Notes under the pieces: model-generated | What the model was told of the DNA's origin: nothing | The model's database searches: none | What the model saw: the letters and a program-made list of their open reading frames with translations, nothing else | Translations under genes and position numbers: made by a program | Assembly (NCBI GenBank): GCA_047495785.1 | Contig: JBLDXI010000025.1 | Span: forward strand, 1,364,001 to 1,428,000 | Length of the DNA stretch: 64,000 nt | Direction: 5' to 3' | DNA from: Lepidodermella squamata | Taxonomy: Eukaryota > Animalia > Gastrotricha | Shown here: positions 47,601-60,000 of the stretch, piece after piece | Layout of the letters: each line of letters begins with the position of its first letter | Position numbering within the stretch: the stretch's first letter is position 1

Positions 47601-50600
47601 GAGTTCGAGCAGGCGCTGGCGGGGCAGCGACCAACCGCCTGGGTTAGCGAAGGCGGTTTGCAGGTACAAAATGCTGGCGTAACGGTTCGATTCGATCGAA
47701 GCGGCTACGGCCGATGGGCTGATCGAGGATTCGACCGATTTTTTGAACCCGTCGGGAGTTACGCCGTATTGATCGGTCTCAACTAAGGAAATAACAAATT
47801 CAGAAAAATTCAATTTCGAAAACGTAACTCAGAAAAAACTCAGAAAATTTAATATTCAATCGCTCGAAATATCTGCGAATGCGATTGCGATCTGCGAAAT
47901 TCTGAGTTTTTAGCCTTGATACTGGCTGTTTTAACAATTTTGTTAGTAAGATGCCGTGGTGGACTCATAATGGTTACTTTTGTTCCCTTTTTGTTTAATT
48001 AAATGGAGGTTCAGTGCGAAAAGCCAGTGAACCTCTGCAACGCTGGAATTAGAATGTTATCGAGTTTGATTCCGCCGCGCCTAAAAATAGTTCGCGTGGC
48101 AATTCATTTAGACAGATACGAATCTCTATTGAGCCTCAAAATTGTAACACTTTTAATGAGTTTTCCCAACCTGGAACTGGTTGGAAAGGATTTTTTTGAA
48201 ACCAGCAGTTTCTACCACGATATTCTAAAGCCGATCATCGGCTGTTATTTTCACTTTTGCCAAGCTATTCTGCGAAAGTTAGCCTTTCTAGGCTTGTGGG
48301 ATGAGTACGCCGAAACGGGTACTTTAGTTCGCAAAGCTATCCGCCGGTGCATGGCTCTGGCTCTAATATCGAATAACCTCGTTGGAACCGTGTTTTCTCA
48401 CACTCACAATGAAGCTTTGGCCCACGAGAAATTCTCTAATTTGCTTATTCGCGAACAACGGATCACAACAAATGATCTTCGGACGACCGCAGCGGTCAGC
48501 CCGCAGGATATTCAGGAAATCCCGACGCGCCAAGTGGAGACAGAAGGTGAAATCAGCTGGTAAAGACCCACGGAAATTATGGAAAATTGTAAATGAATTT
48601 CGACCAAATAATGACTTTTCCGGACTTCTCTCTTCCGGACCTGAACGGCTGGCACTACAGCTGTTATGAAAACATGCTGGTTGCCGATTGAGGTCGACCT
48701 TTCAAACGGCGTCATTCCCCCCCCCCCCCCCCCCCCAGGTACACTGTCTTTCCGGTCACTTCGACGGCTCACATTGCAAACATTCTATCTTTTTGTTAAA
48801 TTTTCACTCGACAGTTTTCTTTTTGGCGAAGAACGAAGAAGCTGCTATTGCTGTTTACACTCTCCAATCATCAGTATACTTTATTTATTCGACTTCGAAC
48901 TCGTGTCTCCATATTGCCAACAAATTGCCAACAAAGCCAACAATGCTTAGTATGAGCAACAATTTCTTTAAATTCTTTTACAAGTATATTGCGAAATGTA
49001 AGGAGATATCCGAGAGTGACACTGCCATCTATAACCCAATCATATCAGATCGAGAAGGCCCAGTTCAAGCTAGCCAACAATAGGAAGCAAGTGGTACGCC
49101 AAATAATGGACGCAGACAAACCGCAGCAATGCCCTATCACCACGAAAGACCTAAGCACTGCCTTCGCTCATCTAGATCACCTAGATTGTACGGTATCATA
49201 ACACTTGGCGAAACAATGCGAATTTGTTGAGTTTTATGCAAAAATAAGGCGCCTGCCGAAATATCTATTTTAGGGCTAATTATATGTGACCGAAAATAAG
49301 TGAAAAGTGGGGTTTGGCGTATTTTCTGTATTTTCCAGCTAATCGCAAAACGTGTGTTGACTTGAAGACGACTTGTTGACTTGTTGACGATTCTTGGATT
49401 CCTACATGTCTCTACTCAGTTTTTCTTGAGAATTTTGAATATTCAAATTTCAGCCCACCAAAATGCTCCCATCCGCCTTAAAACACGGAAAACCCCAGAG
49501 ATGCCCAGGAAAGTGTCATTAATTCGGGTTGTCCTGGAGACACTGGCTTGATCCCAAAAAAATTTTTGAATATATAGCGAGATTCCTCACCTCAGATTAC
49601 CCTAAGAAATGTCGACAGCGCGTGAAAAAACAACACCAGAATTTATTGCGCGAGGGATTTTTAATACATGTAATAAAAAGTCAAATATTTTAAGTGCGCA
49701 TTTTTCGAAATTAGAAATTTTCACCCCTAAACTTTGAAGCCCATTTTCTCTGCAACCCTGATGAATGTCAACCCATTTTTTATACCCATAGAGAACGTTC
49801 TCTATGTTTATCTATGTTTATACCGATCGAATTCTCGTTTATTGATCTTGGAAGTGGCATCAAAATCTCACGATGTCAAAATTTTCGCCAAACCCCACTT
49901 TTCACTTATTTTCGGTCATATTTTTGATATTTTCTGATATTTTTTATATATCTATTTTTTTTAAATCAGAAACGCTGCCTCCGTCGCTGCCTTCTTTGCC
50001 TTCGCCATCGCAGGCTCAATCGTCATCACAGTCTGTATCGCCATCGCTGTCTGTATCGCCGCCGTCGTCTGTGGTAGCGGAAGCCGGCTCTGGGAGCTCA
50101 AGCCGCAGCCCGCAGCCGTCAGGGAGCTGGCTGGTTGCCGCATCCGGCACCTCTACTGACGTAGAGGATGTCCGGACGGATAGCTCGAGCAGCATGCCAT
50201 GAGCCATAGGCCATGAGACCGTGGAATAAGACCGGAAAAATGTCATACATTCTTCTATGTCCGGTGAAATCTTGGAAATATTTCCCGTTTGTAACCAACC
50301 ATGCTTGGAATTTCAAAAAATATTACTCATAGCTGGCATTCATTGCGTCGTCGCAGCTCTAGAGCTCGCCTTAGAACTATCCGCTTGAAGTGATCTGCCT
50401 CGATTATGTTAAAAAATTGTTGATCTCCTTTTAAAATTATCTCCAGCCTCATTTTTCTGCAACAACGTCTGTTGGCTCTTTCTTATTCCCTTGAAAATTG
50501 TCAAAATTCTCTGAAATTCTTCGACCTTCCGGAAAAATTATTCGGAAAATATAAGAAGAAGAAGGCTTTCATATTTTGTTTTTTATGTAACAGAGTGCAA

Positions 50601-52117
50601 CAATCATTAACACTAACTAAAAAATGATAACTAAGAATGAGAATTCATCGTCAACGTTAAAACAGCTAGTGACCGGGATGGTTTCTTCCCTTGTTTTATT
50701 CTTCGACCCTTTTGGGCGACCTCCAGGCATAATTGTTAATATTGTTGAAATATGGCAATATTAATATTGTTATTAAGTCTATAATTTTGATGTAATGAAT
50801 TTCAATTAAAATAAAATCAATTAATATTAAAATGAAAGATGAGGATCAGAGTGTCAAATTTCAAGGTTATTTCTCGAATTCAAAATGTAAAATTATAATT
50901 ATTATGTCAGTATGCTAGTATTTTTCGTCTTGAAAATGTGTCACACCCTACGCGCCAAAAATCGCCTGAGGGCAATTATAACGCTGTTTCCATCTTTGTG
51001 CTGTTCCGTCGCTTTTTCCCGCTATATCGAGTATTTACTTGATATCTTTAATATTCTTCTGCTATCGGATAGCAGAAGAAAGCTGATGATCTAGATCTAG
51101 GCAGGTCCTGCCTAGATCTAGATCATCAGCTCATCAAGATACATCTAGATCCCCTATTGTTGCGCTTTTAAAACTTCCTGTTAATGAAAAATAAATATAG
51201 TATCCTTTTATGTGTCACCGGGCAACAGGGAGCCAATGCGCAACCCGCAGACCACCGTTTTTTGAAATAAACGATTTTGTGTTTTATTATTACTGTATCG
51301 TATGCGGGTTGCATTTTTATATTTTTATATTTTTTGGTTTTACCTGGTAAAATTTCGTAGTTGAAATCTTTCGAGAAGATGTCTAGCGCGTGCATGTACG
51401 TCGGCTGTTCGACGAAAACTTTTCCGCCGGGCAGCGGGCCGAGAATCCCCGGCAAATAGCTCAGCGTGTGCGAGGAGCCGGCCATTACGAACAGCCAATC
51501 GGCTGACACGCCGGTCCGGTACCGCCGGCTTAAAAACAACGAAAGCTGTTCTCGACAATTTTTCGGCCCTGGATTGTCGTTGCCGTAATCGAGAACTTCC
51601 GACGCAGACATATGCTGTTGGGCGAAAAAATAATTCATCAGTTCTTCGACGAAAATTCATCTCGAAAGACTTTCCTGATTTCAATGTTCAAGGAAAAACC
51701 CAATAAAATATTTTTTACAACAACATGAATTCAATTTTAAAATTTAAAAATTCAAATTTTGAAAGTTTTAAGAAATTTCAAGCCAAAATGTGCAAGTCGA
51801 GCGAATTTAAAATTCTCATAGTCTTGAAATTCCATTGAAAATTGAAATTTTTGCAAAATCCAAAAATCAAACATTTCGAATTTCGATTCGACTTAAAAAC
51901 CAAAATGTTGACAATTTTTGAAAATTCAGAAATTTTGAAAGGCTTTAATTCGAAAAATTAGAAATCGTACTGAAAAACTTACCTTAAACAGTGTTTCACT
52001 CGTTTTTGTGACATATTTCGAAGAAGCTTCGAGAATTTCCGGCGGCGGCATTCCGCTGGCTAGGTCGAGAAGCGGCGCCGTTGCCGTTGCGGGTTTGGCG
52101 ACTCCGTTTTGTGTCAT
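44652..52117 (-). CDS. PLP-dependent aminotransferase class I/II (2-aminoadipate/kynurenine transaminase-like), 430 aa. Exons 52117-51983, 51614-51344, 47782-47302, 45057-44652
   Basis: LDLASGMP, VEQPTY, FANPGG, ADDVY, GSASKLIGPGLRFGW (PLP lysine), PQGGYFIW. Junctions are phase-consistent. Confidence 0.92.
45600..46524 (+). mobile_element. Decayed Crypton-like (tyrosine-recombinase/DUF3504) transposon in aminotransferase intron 3
   Basis: The translation LNFQLSRFVTEIRTQEGDHYAGSSIVSHIDNIFSYL matches the Crypton/ZMYM-type core-binding motif. Downstream HRRYGILTRL..FFGMQARSL resembles a degenerate recombinase C-terminus. Stops and frameshifts are present. Confidence 0.55.
48200..48450 (+). mobile_element. 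MULE (Mutator) transposase fragment
   Basis: IIGCYFHFCQAILRKLAFLGL..Y..RRCMALAL, the CxFH signature of MULE DDE transposases. Confidence 0.8.
48450..49201 (+). mobile_element. Non-LTR retrotransposon fragments (LINE ORF2 pre-RT linker; R2/NeSL-like segment)
   Basis: RRAKWRQKV..DPRKLWKIV and NRKQVVRQIM..QCPIT..LSTAF resemble pre-RT motifs. Confidence 0.45.
49287..49918. mobile_element. Non-autonomous TIR DNA transposon, copy 2 (inverted relative to copy 1)
   Basis: Same 33-bp TIRs. The interior is homologous to 30984-31548 in reverse complement. Confidence 0.88.
51081..51131. repeat. Perfect 25-bp-arm palindrome
   Basis: AGCTGATGATCTAGATCTAGGCAGG-T-CCTGCCTAGATCTAGATCATCAGCT. Confidence 0.9.
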
Positions 52118-52548
52118 AGCTATAGGCTGGAATTGGTAGTAATTGCGGGTTAGGGGTAAGGCGGGTAAGGGGGACCAACAACCAGAACACCGGGATGGGT
52201 TAGTATGGGGACTTGCTACCCACGGGAGGTTACTAGAAAAATACACAGATTTTCTGACGCCAATCCGCTGGAAAATTTTTAACATAATGGTTTACCTAAA
52301 TAAAAAATTCAGAAAAATTAAATCAAATTAAGAAAGAAAAATCCTGATTATTTTATTGCGAAAATTCTGGAAGAGTGAAATTGCATTTCTCCATCACGAT
52401 AAAAACCTCTTAAAACATTACAATAAAAATGAGTAAAACCGGCCTATATTTGGCATAATTATGCGTTACATTATCATTATAGTTGCAATCGCTATTTCAT
52501 CGATAAAACAACTTTGAAAGATTCGATAAAAGTCCTGCGGTGGTTAAA

Positions 52549-55500
52549 TTACAAAAAAGCAACGCCCGACCCGCCTCGAGCACTCAGTCGTTGCAGTGCG
52601 ATGATAGGCGCCTCGAAAACAAGTGAAAACAACGTCGCGGCGATGAAAGTAACGCACAACAAGCCGCAGAAGAGCACAGCCATGGTCAGATCAGCGACGT
52701 GAAACACGCGCTGCGAGGTTTGCGAGAAGTACAGCAGGATGAACGGGTGAATTAAATACGCCGAGTACGTGAGTTTCGCCGGCAGGGCCCAACCCGGCCA
52801 GGATAGCACTTTTCCGACCGGCCCGGCGCGGTTCACGACACAGGCGAGCACGAGCCAGCCGAGGGCGGCGCCCCACGCCGGTCTAGCCACTGCATGGTAA
52901 ATAGCGTTCACGATTTTCGGGTTGACGTAGTAGCCGGCGTTGGTTCCGAACTGGCCGTAGACGACCAGGCCCATGGTTGCGATGCATAGAGACCAGAATA
53001 GCGTGGGTAGGTAGGGCCGGGCGAATAAATTGCGGGTTAGGTACAGCGAGTGTTTGACGACAATGTGGCCGAACATGATACCGACTACGTATGGGCCGAG
53101 GCGGCACCATGGTTTCGTGTAAATTGCGTTGAAGTAATCGTGAGGATCAGCGCCAGTCTCCGGGGTGCTGCAATGATTAAAACAACAAAACGTAAAATGA
53201 ATGTAACAAGCACTTGGAGTGTAGACGTAAAATGAATGTACTTGGCAAAAAAGACCCCACACGTTCCAAGTCCACTTAAAATTACACGTGAAATTTTATC
53301 AATGGAAAACCTTCAATCCAATATAAAAAATTAGAAAAAATTAGAAAATTAAAAAATGTTGTAAAATTTCCCAAAAAATTAGCACTCATCAAAGCGAATA
53401 AAACTTCATCAGTAAAACCTGAAAATATGTTGTAGACGTTCAACACATCAATATAGGTAACGTCTTGGTTCAATAAAAAGCGAAAATTGCGACTTCACAC
53501 TGCCGCAGACTGGTTAGAAAATTATATTGTAGCTAATTTCATCATGTATCATTTTTAAATAACTTTACCTCAAAAATGAGTGGCAAAATGAAATTTTCAA
53601 ATTTTTGCAATTTATTATTGCAATATTTGATAGAAGCAGGCTAGCTTTTAGGAAAAATAGCTCCCCGAAGCCACGAAGCTACGCACTTCGTATGAGCTCG
53701 AATATTATGCGAACCAAAAAATCGCAAAAAAAGCTGAAGTTAAATTGTTCCTTATATTCTTCCAGCCAGTGATATGAATTCAGTTGTTTCTGCTTAGAAG
53801 GGCTAACAAAATTGTCATTTGGCTACGAAAATGTTTGAAGTTGAAAGAAGAAGGTTGTGGTTGGATCTGGTTTTAATCAAACCGGAGTAACATAAGGGCT
53901 TTTTCGCCCCATTCGCTAATTTACAGTTGTTTCCCCAAATTTAAGTAAAACCCAGTCCTTAAATCAGAACACCTAAGTACATTCGACATTCGATAATCTG
54001 GTTCGCTTTTTCTCCCAATTAAATTGGTATTTTGTTAGCTTGTAACTTAATTGTTAACTGTCTCTATGGCTCTTTCTATCGGGGCGATAGAGGCGTTGAT
54101 TGAGAAGACGTTAGCCAAAAAAATAGATTCCGTAGTTAGCGCATCAGTCAAAACTAGCCCTGGGCCTCCCCGAAGAAAACTAGTAAAGAGCACACATTTT
54201 TTCTCCAGAAAAAGGCGACACGAGGCTCTATCGGCAAATTTTCGTATATGCAAATAGGAGGCATGCGCTGCTTTGAGATATCAAATCCAATAAAAAAAAT
54301 CTCATCAAATTCACAGTGCTTAACACTTCACAGATTTTAAAGTTCTTCAAGCATTATACAAAAAAAATTTCTCAGAAATTCCAAGTATGCTCTTGTCTTC
54401 AACTCATCCCCTTTACACGCAAGTAAAATTATTAGGCTTACACAGGGGCTGTGGTGTTGCTTGGCATCGCGAACATTGTCGGCGCAACATCGTAGACCAT
54501 AGTAATCGCCATGGTAGAAGCGATTTGCCCAGCCAGCGCTAGAAACGCCGCAGCCCAGCCAACTTTCGGCCGCCAAGCGAACAGAACAACAAGAAACGGC
54601 GCAAACACGAAGAACTGCATGTCATTCGCGAGGTACCATCCCCAGCCAACACAGCCCGTGTTCGAGAAGAAGTTGTTGATGTACAACAAATTGGTCCACC
54701 AGTAGTCACGGCACAGCTCATCAACGCCCTGGAAATAGGTCGGGCCATTGCCGAGATGCGCCCACAGGCCTAAATCGATCAGAATTATAACGACATACGG
54801 CGGGGTGAGGCGAATTAATCGATGTAAATAGACGAAAGGCAGCGTTTTCCAGAACCAAAATCGCGATTTAGTCTGCTGGTTTTTGTGGCTATGGAACAAA
54901 TCGAAGTGTTTCGACAGCGACCAATATGCGAAAAATCCGGATAGGAAAAAGAACGTGTCAACAGCGTACAGCCCGGATAGGACGAATTGAAACGAGAAAC
55001 GCTTCATCCAACTCGAGGCGACTAACAAATTGTCGTAATAGCCAATGTAGAACGCGAAAACGTGGCCGAGAACGACCCAAAACATGCTGAGGGTTCGAAT
55101 TGCGTGCAGCGAGCTGAGATTCGGAATTTGTTGAGACCACGGCGGTAGTGTGCATAGTTTACCCATATTCGTATAGGGCGAGAAGCAGATCAGCACTCGG
55201 GCTAATTTTCGCAGGAATAACGCTGGGCTGATCGAGCTGATTTTGACGCCTGGGCGGTATTGGTGGCCGGTTTGAACGTGGTTAACGAGTTCGGGCCGTT
55301 CAATGCCGTTTCCTAGGCCGTTGCCATGCCCGTTTTGGCCGGCGATCGGGAAGGCTAGACTGGCTGAATCGCCGTCGCAAAGAGCCGCGGCTAGCAGTTC
55401 TTCGTCGATCGTATCGCCGCCGGATCGATGATTTGAGGTGTTGTTATTTCGGTGGCGAGATGAGCCATTTCGAGCCTGGTCGGGTAGGAGATTCGAGTAG

Positions 55501-56842
55501 CCACTGGCGATTGTGGCACCGTCGCCGAAAACCATGTCGGTTACGGAGGAATTGGCGGTCGCTGATTTCGCCCATGAGTTGGCCCAATTGCGGCATCGAA
55601 GGATCACGTCGATTAGGAAACCGAGCAAGACGAAAAAGCCAATGGCACCCATAACTCCGCTGAAAAATTAAGTCAGAATTGTACAAAAATAGTAAAAAAT
55701 TACTATCGTTTGATAATATGATCGATCCAAAATTATCAAAAATATATTCGATAATCATTCGAAATGATCATTCTTGATTTTATTGGAATTCAAATTAATT
55801 TTGAAAAATTAAAATATTGAGAAACTGAATTTCCTAAAAAAATTGGCGAGCTAAATGATAATCGAGCAAGGCGAAATTGTAATAAATCGCAAAAGTCAGA
55901 GAAATTAGGGCTGAGATTTCAATTGTAGACCCGAAAAAAGTGACGCGAGATCTCCTAAAATTAATGAATCTCAGAAAATATTTTCGAACTCACATGGCAA
56001 TGTAGGTATATTGAGTAACGGGCGGATCTTGGAGTTGGCAGTAAGACCATTGGGACGAGTAATAGACTCCAACATTCGAAGGAACTAAGAATAAACATTT
56101 GATTATATTTTAAGGCATTCATTTCTGAATAAAACCTACTCAGAGCAACAAGAATAGCGCCCAATGCATCAACTGAGCAAGTTTTTGGCACGCAAAGGCC
56201 AAGAGTCAGCGCTTCGCCAAACATCATAATTGTTTGAGGCTGAATAGTTTCGTTGGCTTGATTCGTCAGGCCAATGTGGCAATATTGTGGTTCGATTGTC
56301 AGATTTTTCGAAAGCCTTTGCGGCTCGATGTGGGTACATTCATCGAAATCGCCCATCCACATGAGCGCTCCATTCATAATACCAGGCGGCGGTTTGGTCC
56401 ACGCATCCAAATCTAGAAAAAAATCCAATAAATTTATCAAAATGTTGAGCGACAACATATTCAATTTTATTGAAATTAATTTTAAATTTCAACAAAAATT
56501 AAAAATGAAAAATATTTTTCCAAAATACTTACATTGCAAAGCCCATGTTTGCTTCCCTGGATAGACTGAAATTGCGATTTTTTCAAGGCTTTCCAGGCAC
56601 AATTTTTCGTCGTCATTCTTCACCGCAGACCACAGCGATGAAAAATTGACGTCAGGCGTGAGAAGCGGAAAAATTTCAGCATTCAACAACGAATCCTCAG
56701 TCATGGGATTGGCTTGCAGGGTCACATCTCGGCCCAGTACAGCTCGCAAGTACGACGCACTCGGCGATTTGTGTCTCAACGTGTTTTGCGCTGATATTGG
56801 CGCAAGGAAACAAGTCAGCAACAAAAATTTGAACAAAATCAT
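52549..56842 (-). CDS. nrf-6: Nose resistant to fluoxetine-6 / O-acyltransferase-like protein, copy 1. Exons 56842-56533, 56412-56140, 56084-55994, 55659-54442, 53167-52549
   Basis: Signal peptide, NRF domain (DAWTKPPPGI..G..W.GDFDEC, LGLCVP..CS) and acyltransferase-3 motifs (IRTLSMFWVVLGH, VDTFFFLSG, HRLIRLTP, WYLANDMQF, YTKPWCR). Confidence 0.93.
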
Positions 56843-57030
56843 AGTAACAACTAAAAATAGAAAATCAAGGTGAGATACGAAAAAAACGTCGTCTAAATTT
56901 GATCAAAAAATGAGGCTGATGCACATAAGAAAAATGGTTTTGTTGTTTGATTTTAGGCTTAAAATGAAAGATCCAACAAAAGTTGAAGATTCCTCGATTA
57001 AAATCATTAACAAAAAGGCTAAAAATAAGT

Positions 57031-60000
57031 TTAGATCTGATGATTATTTTCGTGTTGCTGAGCAGCTGAGAAACTTTGAAAGCGTGGTCGAACGTAGAAA
57101 CGTTGCAGTGAAAGAATGGGCGATTCGAAGAGCAGCGAGAATAAAATCGAGGCGAGGTAGGTTACGGCTAGGGTGCCGCAGTAGAACCACGTCATGACGA
57201 TATCAGTCGCGTGAATCGGCCTTCGGCTCGTTTGAACGTAGTAGATCAGCAGTAATGGGTGTACAAGATACGCCGAATAGGCCAACTGAAAAATTAAATT
57301 AAAAATTAAAAATCGCATAATGAATGAAAATTCGGTTGAGCGTGTCATTTTATAGCCGGATAGCTCAGACATAAAGATGATACGATGAGAAATACTTATG
57401 CCTTAAAGGGGTCATATCTAGAACAAAAGCAGCGAACATGCCATCTCGGATGGACGCAGATGTTACTAGTAAACAAAGGCGACAGTTGTTTTGACCTCGG
57501 CTGCGGACAAGACAAAAATCGTCCTTAAAATGTGAAATTTCAGAAAATTGAATAATTTATCGGCCAAGATATCAAATTAAATAGACGAGGCCCTCTGTAA
57601 TGTTCCTAATATCAAATCTTAGTGAGAATAATTCCTTGAGCGGAATCTTAATTTTAAATTTTCTCATTTTTTCCCGGAATTGTCCAGTTTAGAGGAGCAA
57701 AAAGCCATCAACTCAAAGGTTTTATTTACGTCGCACTAATGTGACAGTTGGACGTGCCAAAAATTTTTGACCTCAACTACGGACAAGGAGACGGTGCAAA
57801 CTTTACGCATCAAGTCATAAATGAAACTGAACTCACGGAAGAAAAAGAAAAATTAAATTATTTTATAAAAATTAGAATATTAACAAATATTCATTTTTCG
57901 TTTGGATTCATGATTTAACAAACTTCAGAAACTTTCGAACAAATCTCAGAAAATGAAAAAAATGGCTATTTGGATCTCGAAACGTGCAGTGGTTATTTTC
58001 CACCTTTTCGGACTACCGTAATTTTTACTCGATCCTGGGCCTCTATTCGCAAGGTGCCCGTGGCTTTTCAGCTGATCAAAGATAAATTGTCTGACGCTGA
58101 TGACTGAAATATAAACCGCTCATCGAATATTTTGAGCGATAGCGCTACTCTAAAGTAAATTGTGAGGGAAGGAATGTGTCAACCGAATCAATTCGGACAA
58201 ACAATTTTGTGGAGGGGTGAAACTACAAGATCAATCGATTCACCTCGGTTTTTGGCGGTTTGTAGCCATGCTGCTATTGATTTAATTGGCAAATCTCAAA
58301 TCCGAATCTCAACCAATTCAAACAAAATTCCCAGGTCGAAACTCATGATGAAAACGATAACTCCACGGACTACTTTTTCATAATTATAGGACTACTCTAA
58401 AGCAGCCGTAAAATAACGTAAGGCAACGAAGCAGCCTAAGAAAAATTCGACTTTTCTGGCTGCGCAAAAATCTTTCATTTTAGTGTCATTTTTCTGCAGT
58501 AGTCCCCATAATTTTGAACGAAAATTAACTCTGGGTGATGTAAAATGGAAGTTATCAATTTTTTGCGAAATTTGGATAGGAATAATAAATAATAAATAGG
58601 AATTAAATTTAAAACTGAAATATAAATTCGAAATAGTGTTTTGTTTACCTTAGCGGGAACTGCCCAACCTGACCAGGCGAGAAATTTGCAAACCGGCCCC
58701 GCGCGGTTAGTGACTGAAGAAATGACAATCCAGGCAATAGCTAGGGCCCACAGTGTTCGAGACAGCGAGTTGTACATGGCGTGGACTACGGGCGGGGCTT
58801 CGTAGAACTGCGCGTATTGGCCCCACTGGCCGAAAACTAGCATGACAATGGTGATGGTGGCGGCTATCCACAGTAGTATCGATATCGTAGGTGTCAGAAG
58901 TCGTTTCAGCAAAGCGGCTCGTTTTGCGATGAGGAACCCCGTAGTCAGACCAACGATGTAGGGAGCGATCCAGCATAGTGGTTTGATATAGATCATGTCG
59001 AAGTAATGGGCAAAGTCAGATTCTGGCGTCAACTCCCTGAAAAATTGAATGAAACCTCAATAAACACGAGTACAAATCGAAAATTACTAAAATCGAAATA
59101 AAATACCAAATAATGCCAATTTGTCTGGCATATTTTTCATTCTTCGGAGATATCGCGGTTAAATGGATCAATCTTCAAATCGAATGCTGAATTGCATTCG
59201 GTTCATGTGCTACTTTCCCCTGGTGTATAACCTTAAGAGAGCTTCGGGAAAAAGATGGCCAAACAATTTTTCTTCGTCAAGAAACGGCTTCGACTAGGCC
59301 ACATGCCAACTGGCTGGGACCTATTCCGAATTCAAGCAGCTCAATTCGTTCCCATAGCCGAACCGGGGGACGAGTTTTCTGAGTTCAAGGACTACTTCCA
59401 AGCCACATAAATGGGCAGCCCGCTCGATCTCTGGTTTGAAGGATGGCCTGGTTCCTAATTTTCGACAAACAATGGCCTTCGAGGCAGCCAATAGTGTTTT
59501 GAAGAATGAGAATACTGAACGGGTATTGCAGACAGTAGCAACTTCCTGGCGATAACTTCCGAGATAATCGATAGTTGGACGTCAAACTGGGCCGAATGGG
59601 CAGCAAAACCGATTGATGGATGGCTCGAAGTGTATCAGACTGGCTACCTCTACTTTTTGAAGTCATCTGATCATTTCAGTAAAATCGACGATGGCAAGCG
59701 GCTTAGGGTGCTAGCAGCTTGTAACCCATGGAAAAGCTGGCCGACGAAGCAAAGCTGCTTCAGCTCTGGTTCGCCAGCCGTCGCCCGAACGGTCGAATGC
59801 TGAATTTTGAATTTTTCGACACTCGACAAACTATCTGTAAATATGTTGTCACTTTCAAAACTATATAAATAACTTTTGTTGCTTCCTGTTGGTTAATAAA
59901 CAATCACTTGTGCGCTCGCCTATAATAATGCTAATAATCGTTCCCAAAGTGGCTGTTGCTCAAGTGGGGGTTGCTCATCTGGGGGAAAGCCCAATTACAC

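Noticed and set aside
48717-48736. 20-C homopolymer giving poly-Pro/poly-Gly ORFs
   Set aside because: A simple repeat within intronic transposon debris.
57403-57420. TTAA-AGGGG Kolobok-like terminus (similar inverted end near 54410)
   Set aside because: No matching partner end was found within the same intron.
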